Shown in pieces: positions 1 to 11,776 of a stretch of DNA of 35,521 nt. The position numbers and the translations under genes were made by a program. Position 1 is the stretch's first letter. Every line of letters starts with the position of its first letter. Below the pieces are notes generated by a model that did not search any database, was not told where the DNA came from, and saw nothing but the letters and a program-made list of their open reading frames with translations. Location of the stretch: the NCBI RefSeq assembly GCF_001194135.2, contig NC_068994.1:36896111-36931631 (forward strand). The letters run 5' to 3'. Source of the DNA: Octopus bimaculoides (lineage: Eukaryota).

Positions 1-353
1 CCTGAAGTGGTTTGTGTTTTATCTACCTTCCTACTTATTAGGATTTTGGTTTTAGCTGGGTTGACTCTAAGGCCCTTCAATTCTAGACCTTGCTTCCACA
101 CCTGAAACTTCTCCTCTAGTTCTGATAGTGACTCCGCAATTAGGGCAAGGTCATCAGCATAGAGGAGCTCCCAGGGGCAACCTGTCTTGAACTCCTCTGT
201 GATTGCCTGGAGGACTATGATAAATAAGAGGGGGCTGAGGACGGAACCTTGGTGGACCCCTACCTCTACCCGGAATTCATTGCTGTACTCATTTCCAACC
301 CTCACCTTACTGGCAGCATCTCTGTACATGGCTCGCACAGCTCTCACTAACCA
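1..353 (-). mobile_element. RTE-clade LINE reverse transcriptase fragment, 5'-truncated, continuing off the left edge of the window
   Basis: Manual translation of 353->3 gives 117 stop-free codons: WLVRAVRAMYRDAASKVRVGNEYSNEFRVEVGVHQGSVLSPLLFIIVLQAITEEFKTGCPWELLYADDLALIAESLSELEEKFQVWKQGLELKGLRVNPAKTK. It has the GVxQGSVLSP, YADD (150-161) and GLxVNxxKTK motifs of non-LTR RTs. Absent from the ORF track. Confidence 0.93.
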
Positions 354-420
354 AAGCACAAAATTATACAAATACAGATGGAAAGAATGAGAGATAGCAG
401 GAGAAAGGAGAAGAGAGAGA

Positions 421-464
421 ATGAGAAAGAAAATAAGAGAGAATGAGAAAGAAAATAAGAGAGA
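421..464 (+). repeat. 22-bp direct duplication in a GA-rich tract
   Basis: atgagaaagaaaataagagaga occurs twice in tandem. Confidence 0.85.
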
Positions 465-1007
465 AGGAGAGAGATTACAATTTATTAATTGAACATGATT
501 GACATAAAAGCTTTTCCTCTCATCATACACATGAAGAAAAAATATGGTCAAACACTTAAAAAGAGAGGGGGGAGAGAGAAAATGGGATGATCGTTAGATA
601 TCAAGTAAGTTAACATCAAATCTGCAGGGCCAAATAAGCAGTACCAAAACAGCTGTGCCCAAACGTCTCAATTCTCACAAATAAATATGACTTGATAGTT
701 TGTACCATTCTTTCACGAACTGACTTCGTTGTCTATGCAGTTGTGAACAGATATAGATACCCTCTCATTCCTCTCACCCTTGACCTGGTGGAACATTCAG
801 AATGTGATGGCTGGAGGGTAAAAGTGTTACACCAGTATTCAACTGGGTATTCAATTTCAGTGGAATGGTCTGAAGGTATGTGAAATGAATTTCTTTGCTC
901 AAGGATACAACACACTCCTTAGTCCAGGAATCAAATTTACAACCTTGGGAGCATGTGCCACTAAGTCACATGTATCTAACATTCTAATACCAATAAACTA
1001 ATTATAG

Positions 1008-1218
1008 ATTTCAAATTTTGGTGCAGGACCAACAATATCGGGTGAGTGGGTAAGTCAAATACATCAACCCCAGTGTTCAACTGATACTTATTTTATCGAC
1101 CCTGGAAGTATGAATGGCAAAGTCAACCTTGGCAGAATTTGAACTTGGCATGTAAAGATGGATGAAATGCTACTAAGCATTTTGCCTAGTGTGCTAGCAA
1201 CTCTGCCAGCTTGCCACT
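1008..1218 (-). mobile_element. tRNA-derived SINE, family B (possibly Meta-domain type)
   Basis: Reverse complement matches the copies at 4319, 7646, 13611 and 23724: head gctggcaga..gttcaaattc, core tttgcc.ttcatc..ggtcgataaaataagta..cactggggt, tail ..aaatttgaaa. Confidence 0.85.
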
Positions 1219-1345
1219 CTAAAATGCCACCCTAAAAACTAATTTTGAAAGGAACTATAGATAGGAGACCACTTGATTAATCAACTGTGCAGACAACACT
1301 TGCAGCATTAGATGAAGAAAAACTAATTAATTGTATACGCAACTA

Positions 1346-1560
1346 TTGGTTTCAAATTTTGGCACAAGTCCAGCAATTCTGGGAAAGGGGCTAAGTCAAT
1401 TACATTGACCCCAGTGTTCAACTGCTATTTCATTTTATTGACCACAAAAGATGAAAGGCAAAAATCGACCTTGGCAGAATCTAAACTCAGAACATAAGGA
1501 TGGACAAAATACCATTAAGCATTTTTCCCAGCATGCTAAAGATTTCTTCCAGCTTGCCAT
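1346..1560 (-). mobile_element. SINE family B
   Basis: Same head, core and tail as other family B copies, in reverse orientation. Confidence 0.85.
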
Positions 1561-1639
1561 CTGAATTGCATATGTAAATATTATGTGGAGACATGTTTTA
1601 GCTTTCGTAGTTTGGTTTGTAGGAAGGAGCTATGTCCAT

Positions 1640-2010
1640 AACATTCACAGACTTTGTGATTCTAGTGAAATTGCTGCGGTTGATGGTTGCTGGAAAAAAA
1701 TTAAATCATAGGGTGTATAAAGAAAGGGCTGATATTTTGGGGAGGAAGGACTTGAAAAAAATCAGTTATTCTGGAGACTGGAGGAGGAGGGAAATAATAT
1801 GTATGTTGAAAATGCAAGAGATGAGTGAGCCAAATAGACTTGAGTGAAGGTGGTGTGAGATCAGGCAGCTCTCTGAAAACTAGAAGCTTCTGTTGCAGTG
1901 GCAGAGTGAGAAGACATCAGCTCTGTACATCAGAAATTGAAGTGCATTGGTGAGTGACATCATGCCAATAAAATAGGTGGTCTTTGCATGAGTTTTCCAA
2001 AGACATCGAG
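1640..2010 (-). mobile_element. Highly decayed CR1/Jockey-group LINE 3' end
   Basis: The minus strand gives SLTNALQFLMYRADVFSLC and FKSFLPKISALSLYTL*FNFFPATIN, which resemble the SFFPRT..LWN.LP..FP...NL terminal motif of these LINEs. Contains stops and frameshifts. Confidence 0.4.
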
Positions 2011-2135
2011 TAACAAAGATTTGATGAAAAGAAACAGTCAGTAAGAAGGATATCTGGGACATAGCTCATAAGTGGCCATCATGACTCTAGTAGTATTAAA
2101 GAAAACAAAAATAGCACTTCATTGAACAAATGGTC

Positions 2136-2496
2136 AGTGGCTGTGTGATAAGTAACTTGCTTACCAATCACATGGTTTTGGGTTCAGTCCCATTGCATGG
2201 CACCTTGGGCAAGTGTCTTCTACTAGAGCTTCAGGCCAGCCAAAGCCTTGCGAGTGGATTTGGTAGGCGGAAACTGAAAGAAGCCCATCGTATGTGTGTG
2301 TGTGTCTGTGTTTGTCCCTCCAGCATCATTTGACAACCAATGCTGGTATGTTTACGTCCCCATAACTTAGCAGTTCAGCAAAGGAGACAGATAGAATAAG
2401 TACTAGGCTTACAAAGAATAAGCCCTGGGGTCGATTTACTTGACTAAAGGCGGTGCTCCAGCATGGCTACAGTCAAATGACTGAAACAGGTAAAAG
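2136..2496 (+). mobile_element. tRNA-derived SINE, family A, near full length
   Basis: A-box-like tggctgtgtg, B-box-like ggttcagtccc, then ccttgggcaagtgtcttctacta, an internal (GT)n, and tail cagtcaaatgactgaaaca..taaaag. Many other copies occur in the window. Confidence 0.9.
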
Positions 2497-2854
2497 TTTT
2501 CACTCTATTAACTTTAGCTTCATCTTTGGAAATGAAATATTTTTTTTTAAATATTTATATCTTGGCTGTTCATCCTCCAGAAAAACAGGGATTAATGAAA
2601 CTGACTATAATCCTCTCCTAAATTTCAGGCCTTGTGTCTCTATAAGAAATTAATATTTACATCTAGATTATATTCTGATTAGTTTGATAAGGTATTTTAT
2701 TCCTGGATGTGTACATTATTGCAGTTCAGATTTGAACTAGTAACCTTTATTCTTGAAATAAGTGTAATAACATTGTCATCAAATTGGCTTCTGAAGACTG
2801 AAGTAGGTAGATGGGTTCCAAAGAGGGGGTGAGGTTTCTAAGTAGTGAGTTAAT

Positions 2855-2990
2855 ATGCTAGAAATAGCAGCAAAATTGCTCTCAAATCTATCATATCACT
2901 TTTAAAAGAGACACTGGATAATGGAGTCCTGAATATACCATGTTTGAAATTAAGGGCAGGATGCTCGTGATTGAAACTTGATCATAGGAG
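2855..2990 (+). repeat. Unclassified interspersed repeat, family G
   Basis: Motif tgctagaaatagcagc.aaa..ttgatcatag recurs at about 5045-5145 (reverse), 8290-8445, 9445-9606 and 10430-10465 (reverse). Orientation is arbitrary. Confidence 0.6.
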
Positions 2991-3004
2991 CACTCAATGA
3001 ATAC

Positions 3005-3112
3005 GGACCTGGGGCAAAGTCAACCTTGGTGGAATAGGAACTTGGAACATAAAACTGGCCAACATGCTTCTAAGTATGTTATCTGGCATGCTAATGACCC
3101 TTCTCCTCTGCC
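3005..3112 (-). mobile_element. Decayed SINE family B fragment
   Basis: ggcaaagtcaaccttgg..tggcatgctaatg matches the reverse family B head and core. Confidence 0.6.
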
Positions 3113-3559
3113 TCATAACACTGCCACTGCCACTGCTGCTACTGCTGTACACAGTACTCAGATGCACTACAGCTTATCAGAAAAAGGGTTAAAGAGATAG
3201 AAAGAAAGTCAGCAATGAAAGCTGAAAGTAAATGCAGAGTACACAGAATAAAACGTGCACAAAAAAATATAAAGGAAATTGAATAACAAAAGAACCATAA
3301 AGTGAAAAGGGTGCATTGGCATGTCAAGAATGGGGTTGGTAAATTTCTAGAAGCACGATTTCCTGGCTGCTAAGAACTGACACGAGTAGCTTATATAATA
3401 TAAATAATCATAACATTTCTCATGTATTCAAAAGTTGAGATTTTATTGTTGCCTCTCATTGGTAATTGATGCACTTACAACTTAGAAAACTGTTAAAGGT
3501 GAACATTCAAACAGCAACACCTAACCATTCTCAAATATATTACTTGAATATTTTGTTAT

Positions 3560-3985
3560 TACTCTCTTTACTCTTTTACTCTTTTACTTGTTTCTGTCAT
3601 TTGACTGTGGCCATGCTGGAGCACCGCCTTTAGTCGAGCAAATCGACCCCAGGACTTATTCTTTGTAAGCCTAGTACTTATGCTATTGGTCTCTTTTGCT
3701 GAACCTCTAAGTTACAGGGATGTAAACACACCAGCATCGGTTGTCAAGCGATGCTGGGGGGACAAACACAGACACACAAACATATACACACACACATATA
3801 TATATATATATACATATATATGACGGGCTTCTTTCAGTTTCTGTCTACTACATCCACTCACAAGGCTTTGGTCAACCCGAGGCTATAGTAGTAGACACTT
3901 GCCCAAGGTGCCACGCAGTGGGACTGAACCCAGAACCATGTAGTTTGTAAGCAAGCTACTTACCACACAGCCACTCCTACACCTA
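3560..3985 (-). mobile_element. SINE family A, full length
   Basis: (tactctt)n tail at left, internal (TA/CA)n, and head ending cacacagccactcctacacct. Reverse complement of 2136-2496. Confidence 0.92.
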
Positions 3986-4149
3986 TGGTTACTTTTTTTT
4001 TTAAACTCATCAACTGTCTTTACTGGATCTATTTTCTATTGCCTCTTCTATATGTTTCATAAAGCAATATTAAAGCTTAATATAATATTGTTTTTAGGCT
4101 AGCAATTTTAGCAATTTCAGTATGTATGTATGTGTATGTGGAGGGTGGG

Positions 4150-4282
4150 GGTGATCGATTCATCCTGGAAGTGATGAATGTTAAAGGCGACTTTGGCAGA
4201 ATATGAACTCAGAGCATAAACATGGACGAAATGCCACTAAGCATTTTGCCCAGTGTGCTAATGATTCTGCCAGTTTGACATC
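4150..4282 (-). mobile_element. SINE family B, partial
   Basis: ggcgactttggcagaatatgaactcaga..gcattttgccc..tgctaatgattctgccag. Confidence 0.8.
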
Positions 4283-4318
4283 TTAAAGCTTAATATAATA
4301 TTATATACAATTACTTAT

Positions 4319-4532
4319 GGTGGCAAGCTGGCAGAATTGGTAGCATGCCAGGCAAAATGCTTAGCGGTGTTTTGCAGGTCTTTATGTTCCAAGTTCAAAT
4401 TCCACCAAGGTCAATTTTGCCTTTTATCCTTTCAGGGTTGATAAAATAAGTACCAGTTAAACACTGGAGTTCATATAATCAACTCTCACAATCTGAAATT
4501 GCTGGCCTTGTGCCAAAATTTGAAACCAATAT
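4319..4532 (+). mobile_element. SINE family B, full length
   Basis: ggtggcaagctggcagaa..gttcaaattcc..tttgccttttatcctttcagggttgataaaataagtaccag..aaatttgaaaccaat. Confidence 0.88.
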
Positions 4533-4614
4533 TATATATAGTTATTGTTATTTGGTTCCAGTTCATCACTGATCAAGTAGATATCAATAACAAATATCTA
4601 TAGATATTCTTATA

Positions 4615-5025
4615 ACTTGTTTCAGTCATTTGACTGGCCATGCTGGAATACCACTTTTAGTTGAACAAATCAACCCCAGGACTTATTCTTTGTAAGCCTA
4701 GCACATATTCTACCAGTTTTTTTTTTTTGCAGAACCGCTAAGTTACGAGGACATAAACACACCAATATCAGTTGCCAAATGACGGTGGGGTCAAATACAG
4801 ACACATATACACACATACATATATATATATACATGTATACGACAGGCTTCTTTCAGTTTCCGTCTACCAAATCCACTCACAAGGGATTTGGTGGGCCCGA
4901 GGCTGTAGTAGAAGACAATTGCTCAAGGTGCCATGCAGTGGGAATGAACCTAGAACCTTGTGATTCGTAAACAAGCTTCTCACCACACAGCCGCTTCTGC
5001 ACCTATAAGCCACTCCTGTGCCTAT
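4615..5025 (-). mobile_element. SINE family A with a short duplicated 5' end
   Basis: Aligns with 3560-3985. The head end appears twice: gccgcttctgcacctat followed by gccactcctgtgcctat. Confidence 0.88.
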
Positions 5026-5388
5026 ATCTATAATAAAATGTAGTCAAACCATGACTATCTCTTCCTTTATTCAGGAATTCTTTACCTTGGACTACATTAT
5101 CGAAAATGTCAAGTGTGATTGAAGGGATATTTGGCTGCTGTTCCTAGCCAGCTTAGCAACCACTTGCTCTCTCTCCCTCCCCCTCTCTCTTTATCTCTCT
5201 GTCTCTCTAATTTTCTCTTCCCACCTCTCTCCTTGGCTTGTACAGTAGTATAGTGGTCAATATTTAGCAAGCAGTTGACAACTGATAATCTTGCATGCAC
5301 GCTGATGCATTTGTGCATTTGAACAGGCAAGCCTTGTGTGCGCACACACAGACACAGACATACACGTACAAATACACATGCACCCCCC

Positions 5389-5419
<31 letters not shown>

Positions 5420-7100
5420 AGAATATATATATGGATACAAAGGCTTTGTTCTTTGTAAAGTACACTAATAAAAGAACATTACTATTTTGGCGGCAGCAAT
5501 TCCATTTTTGCAGCAAATGAAAAAAAAAAGAAGAAAAAATAAAAAAGCAAATAACTATTTCGGATATAGATGTAAGACATTAGCTTTACAGACAAGGGGA
5601 AATGAAACTACTGTTTATGGCTTTCTCACGAGTGTTGTTACTGACATAGGAGCTGTGAAATATCTCAGAAGAGCATGTATATAAAGATACATTTTTAGCA
5701 CTGACTCTCTGTATATACATCGGTGTTTTTGTGCTCGTGTGTCTGTGTGTGTGCTCGTGTGTGTGTGTGTATGTATTACACTCATCAACTGTCTTTTCTG
5801 AATCTATTTCTTATTTTCTGTCTTATACATTTCATAAAAAGAAATATTGAAGCTTAATGTATGTGTGCGTGTGTGTGTTGGTCTGCACATACATACATAC
5901 ATACATACATACATACACACGTGTATGTGTGTGTGGGTGTGTGTATATCAAACAGACTTACTGGCTTCTGTAAGGGAAACAACTCTTTACATTCTATCTT
6001 AAAAATCTCAAGATTATTTTAGAAATGCTATTTACTTTAAAAATCGACGGATAATCACATATGGGTGCAAACACACACACACACACACACACCCTCTCTC
6101 TCTTACTGTGGCATATCATGAAGGAGTTTGTAAATTTAAAGTTATCTGGTTTTCNNNNNNNNNNNNNNNNNNNNNNNNNNNNNNNNNNNNNNNNNNNNNN
6201 NNNNNNNNNNNNNNNNNNNNNNNNNNNNNNNNNNNNNNNNNNNNNNNNNNNNNNNNNNNNNNNNNNNNNNNNNNNNNNNNNNNNNNNNNNNNNNNNNNNN
6301 NNNNNNNNNNNNNNNNNNNNNNNNNNNNNNNNNNNNNNNNNNNNNNNNNNNNNNNNNNNNNNNNNNNNNNNNNNNNNNNNNNNNNNNNNNNNNNNNNNNN
6401 NNNNNNNNNNNNNNNNNNNNNNNNNNNNNNNNNNNNNNNNNNNNNNNNNNNNNNNNNNNNNNNNNNNNNNNNNNNNNNNNNNNNNNNNNNNNNNNNNNNN
6501 NNNNNNNNNNNNNNNNNNNNNNNNNNNNNNNNNNNNNNNNNNNNNNNNNNNNNNNNNNNNNNNNNNNNNNNNNNNNNNNNNNNNNNNNNNNNNNNNNNNN
6601 NNNNNNNNNNNNNNNNNNNNNNNNNNNNNNNNNNNNNNNNNNNNNNNNNNNNNNNNNNNNNNNNNNNNNNNNNNNNNNNNNNNNNNNNNNNNNNNNNNNN
6701 NNNNNNNNNNNNNNNNNNNNNNNNNNNNNNNNNNNNNNNNNNNNNNNNNNNNNNNNNNNNNNNNNNNNNNNNNNNNNNNNNNNNNNNNNNNNNNNNNNNN
6801 NNNNNNNNNNNNNNNNNNNNNNNNNNNNNNNNNNNNNNNNNNNNNNNNNNNNNNNNNNNNNNNNNNNNNNNNNNNNNNNNNNNNNNNNNNNNNNNNNNNN
6901 NNNNNNNNNNNNNNNNNNNNNNNNNNNNNNNNNNNNNNNNNNNNNNNNNNNNNNNNNNNNNNNNNNNNNNNNNNNNNNNNNNNNNNNNNNNNNNNNNNNN
7001 NNNNNNNNNNNNNNNNNNNNNNNNNNNNNNNNNNNNNNNNNATTTTATTTCGCTTGAACCGTCGTGTATTGTTTGTAAACAATAATAATAAATAGTGATA

Positions 7101-7134
<34 letters not shown>

Positions 7135-7242
7135 CTTAGTCTGCTTGTGGGTATAGTAGAAGATGCTTGTTCAAGGTGCTTTGCATTGTAATTGAACCTA
7201 AAACCACATGGCTGCAATGTGAGCTTCTTAACCACAACCACC
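7135..7242 (-). mobile_element. SINE family A head fragment next to (TA)n
   Basis: tatagtagaagatgcttgttcaaggtg..gaacctaaaaccacatgg..cttcttaaccac. Confidence 0.7.
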
Positions 7243-7255
7243 CCAGTGCTTATGG

Positions 7256-7286
<31 letters not shown>

Positions 7287-7645
7287 AAAGTCGAGATTGT
7301 CATGGTTAGAATGCTTTTGATAACGAGTATTCTTAATCTAGGTCTAACAGTTATACGGTAATGATAGACTTGACTGTAGAACAATTGTAATATGTCCACA
7401 CTATCGTCTTACATCCCACATGACTCACCACTACATGTGTCAGTATGCTCTGTGTGATTCTCTAAGTTACACCTGGAAACTGTAAATCTCTGGGCTGTGT
7501 CTAATTGTTTGGTTGAATGTTTATGAGCCATTGGTCTGCTTGATCAGAGCTGACCTGATGGTGCATGATTATAACAACTGCAAACAAAGCAGTACATTTG
7601 AGTCACTGTCACAAGGAACAATTTTTAGTATTTCCAACAATTCAA

Positions 7646-7863
7646 AGCAGCGAGCTGGCAGAATTGTTAGCATTTGAGGCAAAATGTTTTGCAGAATTTC
7701 ATCTGTGTTTATATTCTAAGTTCAAATTCTGTTGTAGCCGACTTTGCCTTTCATCCTTTCAGGGTCGATAAAATAAGTATCAGTTGAACACTGGAGTTGA
7801 TGTTACCAAATTACTCCATTCCCTGACATTGCTGGCCTTGCGCCATAAATTTGAAATCAATAT
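7646..7863 (+). mobile_element. SINE family B, full length
   Basis: gcagcgagctggcagaattgttagca..gtcgataaaataagtatcagttgaacactggagttgatg..ttgaaatcaat. Confidence 0.88.
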
Positions 7864-8289
7864 TTCTTACAATTTTCTTTATTTGTTGGCATAAAAGATG
7901 CATGGGCATATTAAACCCACCCCAATTTCAGCAGAGCATGTTCAGGAAGGAAAAGGTTTTTGTGCATTAAAGCTAATGGGAGGCCCAACTACATATATGC
8001 AACCTGTGGTGATTCTCTGAAGATTCTTTTTTAGTGGGAGAGAGATGTGCATCTTACATGCCATGAAAATATGGTAGTTATTTAGGAAGCCTGAACATCA
8101 TCAGCATTAGAATTGAGGGAGATAACTTTTCCTTTCCTGAAGTTTCAATTTATGTATTTGGAGTAAATTCTGTGTTTCATTTACTTCTATGAACTTTCCA
8201 AATAAATGAGCTATCTTTGTTCTTCCAAGCATAAATTAGGGTATGCTTAAACCACAAAATTTCATTTCCATTAAGCAATAATGGAGATC

Positions 8290-8445
8290 CTATCTGCTAG
8301 AAATAACCACCAAATCTCCTTTGAATTACCTGCTTTTTGAAAATACAGGAAGGACATATTGTATAAGTTAGTCAGATTTCTTCTTGCAAAACACAATCAT
8401 GACTGGAAAGCTTTTGATCATAGATCTGTTTGATCAGTGGTGCTA
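8290..8445 (+). repeat. Family G copy
   Basis: tctgctagaaataaccaccaaatctcc..tcatgactggaaagcttttgatcatagatctg. Confidence 0.6.
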
Positions 8446-8452
8446 CTCAAAA

Positions 8453-8515
<63 letters not shown>

Positions 8516-8517
<2 letters not shown>

Positions 8518-8682
8518 TACACTCTCTGAGTGGTTGGCGTTAGGAAGGGCATCCAGCTGTAGAAACTCTGCCAAATTAGATTGGAGCCTGGTGTAGCCAT
8601 CCGGTTGCACCAGTCCTCAGTCAAATCGTCCAACCCATGCTAGCATGGAAAGCGGACGTTAAACGATGATGATGATGATGAT
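8516..8682 (+). mobile_element. 3' terminal fragment of an RTE LINE or RTE-tailed SINE, with (GAT)n tail
   Basis: gtggttggcgttaggaagggcatccagc..ccaacccatgctagcatggaaagcggacgttaaac(gat)n. The same sequence follows the RTE ORF remnant at 13081-13520. Confidence 0.85.
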
Positions 8683-8697
8683 ATATATATATATGAT

Positions 8698-8853
8698 GCA
8701 TCTTTCAGTTTCTGTCTACCACTCCATTTCACAGGGCTTTGGTTGGCCTCAGGCTATAGTAGAAGCTACGTGTCCCAGATATCATGCAGTGGGACTGAAC
8801 CCAGAACCATGTGGTTGGGAAGCAAACATCTTACTACACAGCCATGCAACTGC
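8698..8853 (-). mobile_element. SINE family A head-only fragment
   Basis: ctttcagtttctgtctacc..ggctatagtagaag..gggactgaacccagaaccatgtgg..cacagcca. Confidence 0.8.
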
Positions 8854-8875
8854 CTTATATCTATCTATCTATCTA

Positions 8876-8916
<41 letters not shown>

Positions 8917-9098
8917 TATATTTGTTTTTCTCCATGTTTTGAATGACATTTTTCATTGTTGAATTTGTTAATAGAGGTTTTTCTCTAAATTATATACACA
9001 CACACACACACACATATATACACATATACATATATACACATATAAATATATATATCATATATATAAAATATATATTTATATACACACAGAGAGTCTCT

Positions 9099-9269
9099 AT
9101 TACTCTTTTACTTGTTTCAGTCATTTGACTGTGGCCATGCTGGAGCACCGCCCTTAGTCGAGCAGATCGACCCCAGGACTTATTCTTTGTAAGCCTAGTA
9201 CTTATTCTTTCGTCTCTTTTGCCGAACCGCTAAGATACGGGGATGTAAACACACCCGCATCGGTTGTCA
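9099..9269 (-). mobile_element. SINE family A tail-only (5'-truncated) fragment
   Basis: tactcttttacttgtttcagtcatttgactg..gcatcggttgtca, near-identical to about 3570-3745. Confidence 0.88.
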
Positions 9270-9444
9270 TTCTAGAAGAAATACATTTGAAACCTTGGGG
9301 ACCAATTATTTAATTTATGTTGGGAAACAGCTGTGATTTCCCTCTGCACCCACTGTATCTATGGTACAACTGTGCTGAGATAATTGAAAACCTGTCAGAT
9401 CACAGAGAAATAAATGCTGGTGCTGCAATCATGATTTAGCAATG

Positions 9445-9606
9445 GAAACATGTCGTCACTTGATCTGCTAGAAATAGCTGCCAAATCCAACTGAAATCAC
9501 ACCTTAAAATTTTTAAAATGTATTGGCACATTGGACAGTATAACAAGCGAAACAGTGAGGTCATGGTTGGAAAGTTTTTGATCATGTCTGAGCTGGTGTT
9601 AAACAG
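9445..9606 (+). repeat. Family G copy
   Basis: gatctgctagaaatagctgccaaatcc..gtcatggttggaaagtttttgatcat. Confidence 0.6.
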
Positions 9607-9915
9607 CTACAAAGTCAACAATTATACCAACCCATCTATATAAAATGTACTCAAACTGGAATAAAATGGCTTATTAAAAAGTAGGGATGAAATCGACCAT
9701 TTCAGGCGGGTCTCGATTATTCCCCTTTGTGAACTGTTTGTACAGTAGGTTGTTCGAGTAGTTACAAAAAAAAGCACAAAATGTCCCAAAACTTGGTAAC
9801 TTGCAGATTGTATGAGAAGGTAGCGCCAGCAACAGTGTTAGTAGTATTAGTAGTAGTAGTAGTAGTCTAGCCCCCCCCCCCCCATCAGAGCTAATCCTGC
9901 AGGATTATGATAATA

Positions 9916-10077
9916 TAAGCACAGACATGACTGTGTGGTAAGAAGTTTGCTTCCTAACCACATGGTTCTGGTTTCAGTTCCACTACATGGTACCGTGGGC
10001 AAGTGTCTTCTACTATAGCCTCACCCAGTTAAAGCCTTGTGAGGGATTTGGTGGACTGAAATTGAAAGAAGCCTGTC

Positions 10078-10121
<44 letters not shown>

Positions 10122-10328
10122 CTGTCTGTCTGTGTGTCTCCCTAGTCCCCACTTGCCCACTTGACAACTGGTGTTGGTGTTATTACATCCCTGTAAATTA
10201 GCAGTTCAGCTAAAGAGACCAACAGAATAAGTACCAAGCTTAAAAAATAAGCCCTCGGGGCAATTTGTTTGACTAAAACCCTTCAAAGTGGTGCTCCAGC
10301 ATAGCCACAGTCAAACGATTGAAACAAG
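9916..10328 (+). mobile_element. SINE family A, full length, with expanded internal (TA)n(TG)n
   Basis: ctgtgtggtaagaagtttgc..gggcaagtgtcttctactatagcc..ctccagcatagccacagtcaaacgattgaaacaag. Confidence 0.88.
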
Positions 10329-10714
10329 GAGTAGACATTCCAGTTGTAATTGTCTCAAAATATTTTGTTTTTCCAGTGTATCTAAGCTCATATTATCATC
10401 CTTTTTATTAAGTTGGTTGGGTGTGCTTTGAGGGAGAGATATTTGGCTGCTGTTTCTAGTAGTTTGAGGTTTGTAGAAACTTCCTCATTAACTCTTAATT
10501 AATTTCTGTTATTGACAAATACAACAGACAAGTTGAATGAAAATCATATTTCTTATCTACAAATAATGTACTTCAAAACTTTCAAAAAAGACTTTTATTT
10601 GAGCCATATAGAACTGTATAAAACTTTAGACCCTCTGTCCCGAAATACATAACTGTCACTTTGTTGCTTTCACCAAAGACATCTCTATGTTTATTGAAGT
10701 CATCACCAACTTCA

Positions 10715-10895
10715 TCATCATCATCATCATCACCATTTACTGCTCACTTTTTCCTGCTAGCATGGGTAAGATGAAGTTTATTTGAGATAAATTCCCAACT
10801 GTCAGATGCCCTTCCTGTTGCGAAGCCTCACCTGTTTCCAAGCAAGGTAATATTTTCCCATGGCCAGACATGTTCTCACAACAATGAGAATGAAT
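10715..10895 (-). mobile_element. RTE-tailed SINE-like repeat with (CAT)n end
   Basis: (cat)n..gctagcatggg..gatgcccttcctgttgcgaagcctcacctgtttccaagcaaggtaatattttccc. Related copies lie at about 20140-20300 (+) and 27625-27830 (-). Confidence 0.7.
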
Positions 10896-10911
10896 CACAC
10901 ACACACACACA

Positions 10912-11070
10912 CATGATAGGCTTCTTTCAGTTTCCGTCTATCAAATCCATACACAACAATCACAAGGCTTTGTTCATTCTGGGTCTATAGCAGAGAACAC
11001 TTGCATAAGACAACATACAATGGGACTGAACTCTGGACCATGTGATTGGGAAGCAGACTTCTTACCACAG
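10912..11070 (-). mobile_element. SINE family A head-only fragment next to (CA)n
   Basis: gataggcttctttcagtttccgtcta..gggactgaac..cttcttaccacag. Confidence 0.78.
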
Positions 11071-11669
11071 AGTCACAATCTCAAATTCTATATAATAGTT
11101 TGTAATTTAGGTTCAAGAATGAATGAGTTCTGGAGATACATATTGTATGGGGAAGTAAACAAGAATGCTCCAAAGCAGTGTGTGTTTGTGTGTGTATTTT
11201 CCAGTTTATCACACCAATATTTCCGTATGGAATGTAATTTATTGATCTTCATTAAATGACCAAATTACCTTCTTAAGTAAAGGGACATAACTTGACGCAC
11301 CTCTATATGCAAACACGCACACACACGCACCCACACACTTGTATACATATACACACATATGTTTATGCATATGTGTATATATTAGTATGCATGTATGTAT
11401 TCATAGGTAATGAGCTTCTGTAGTTTTTGTCTCCTGAAATCCATTCCCAAGCCATTGTTTAGCTCATGGATATTCTAGAAGCCACTTGCCCTAGGTACCA
11501 CATGAATGTTTTTCTATGCCTTTATTAATTACCTCAATCTGACTCACCCCTTTTATCTTTATTGGCTACCAGTGCTCTGTCAGGTTGTAGTCAGTGTACA
11601 TGCTCCTTCATTAAATCAATAAAGAATCATTTATTTATATCTATGAAATCATGTACACATCCATCCATC

Positions 11670-11731
11670 TGTATATATATACATATGTATGTGTGTGTGT
11701 GTATATTTATATACATACACACACACACACA

Positions 11732-11776
<45 letters not shown>

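Noticed and set aside
187-390. 67-aa plus-strand ORF
   Set aside because: Antisense shadow of the RTE reverse transcriptase frame.
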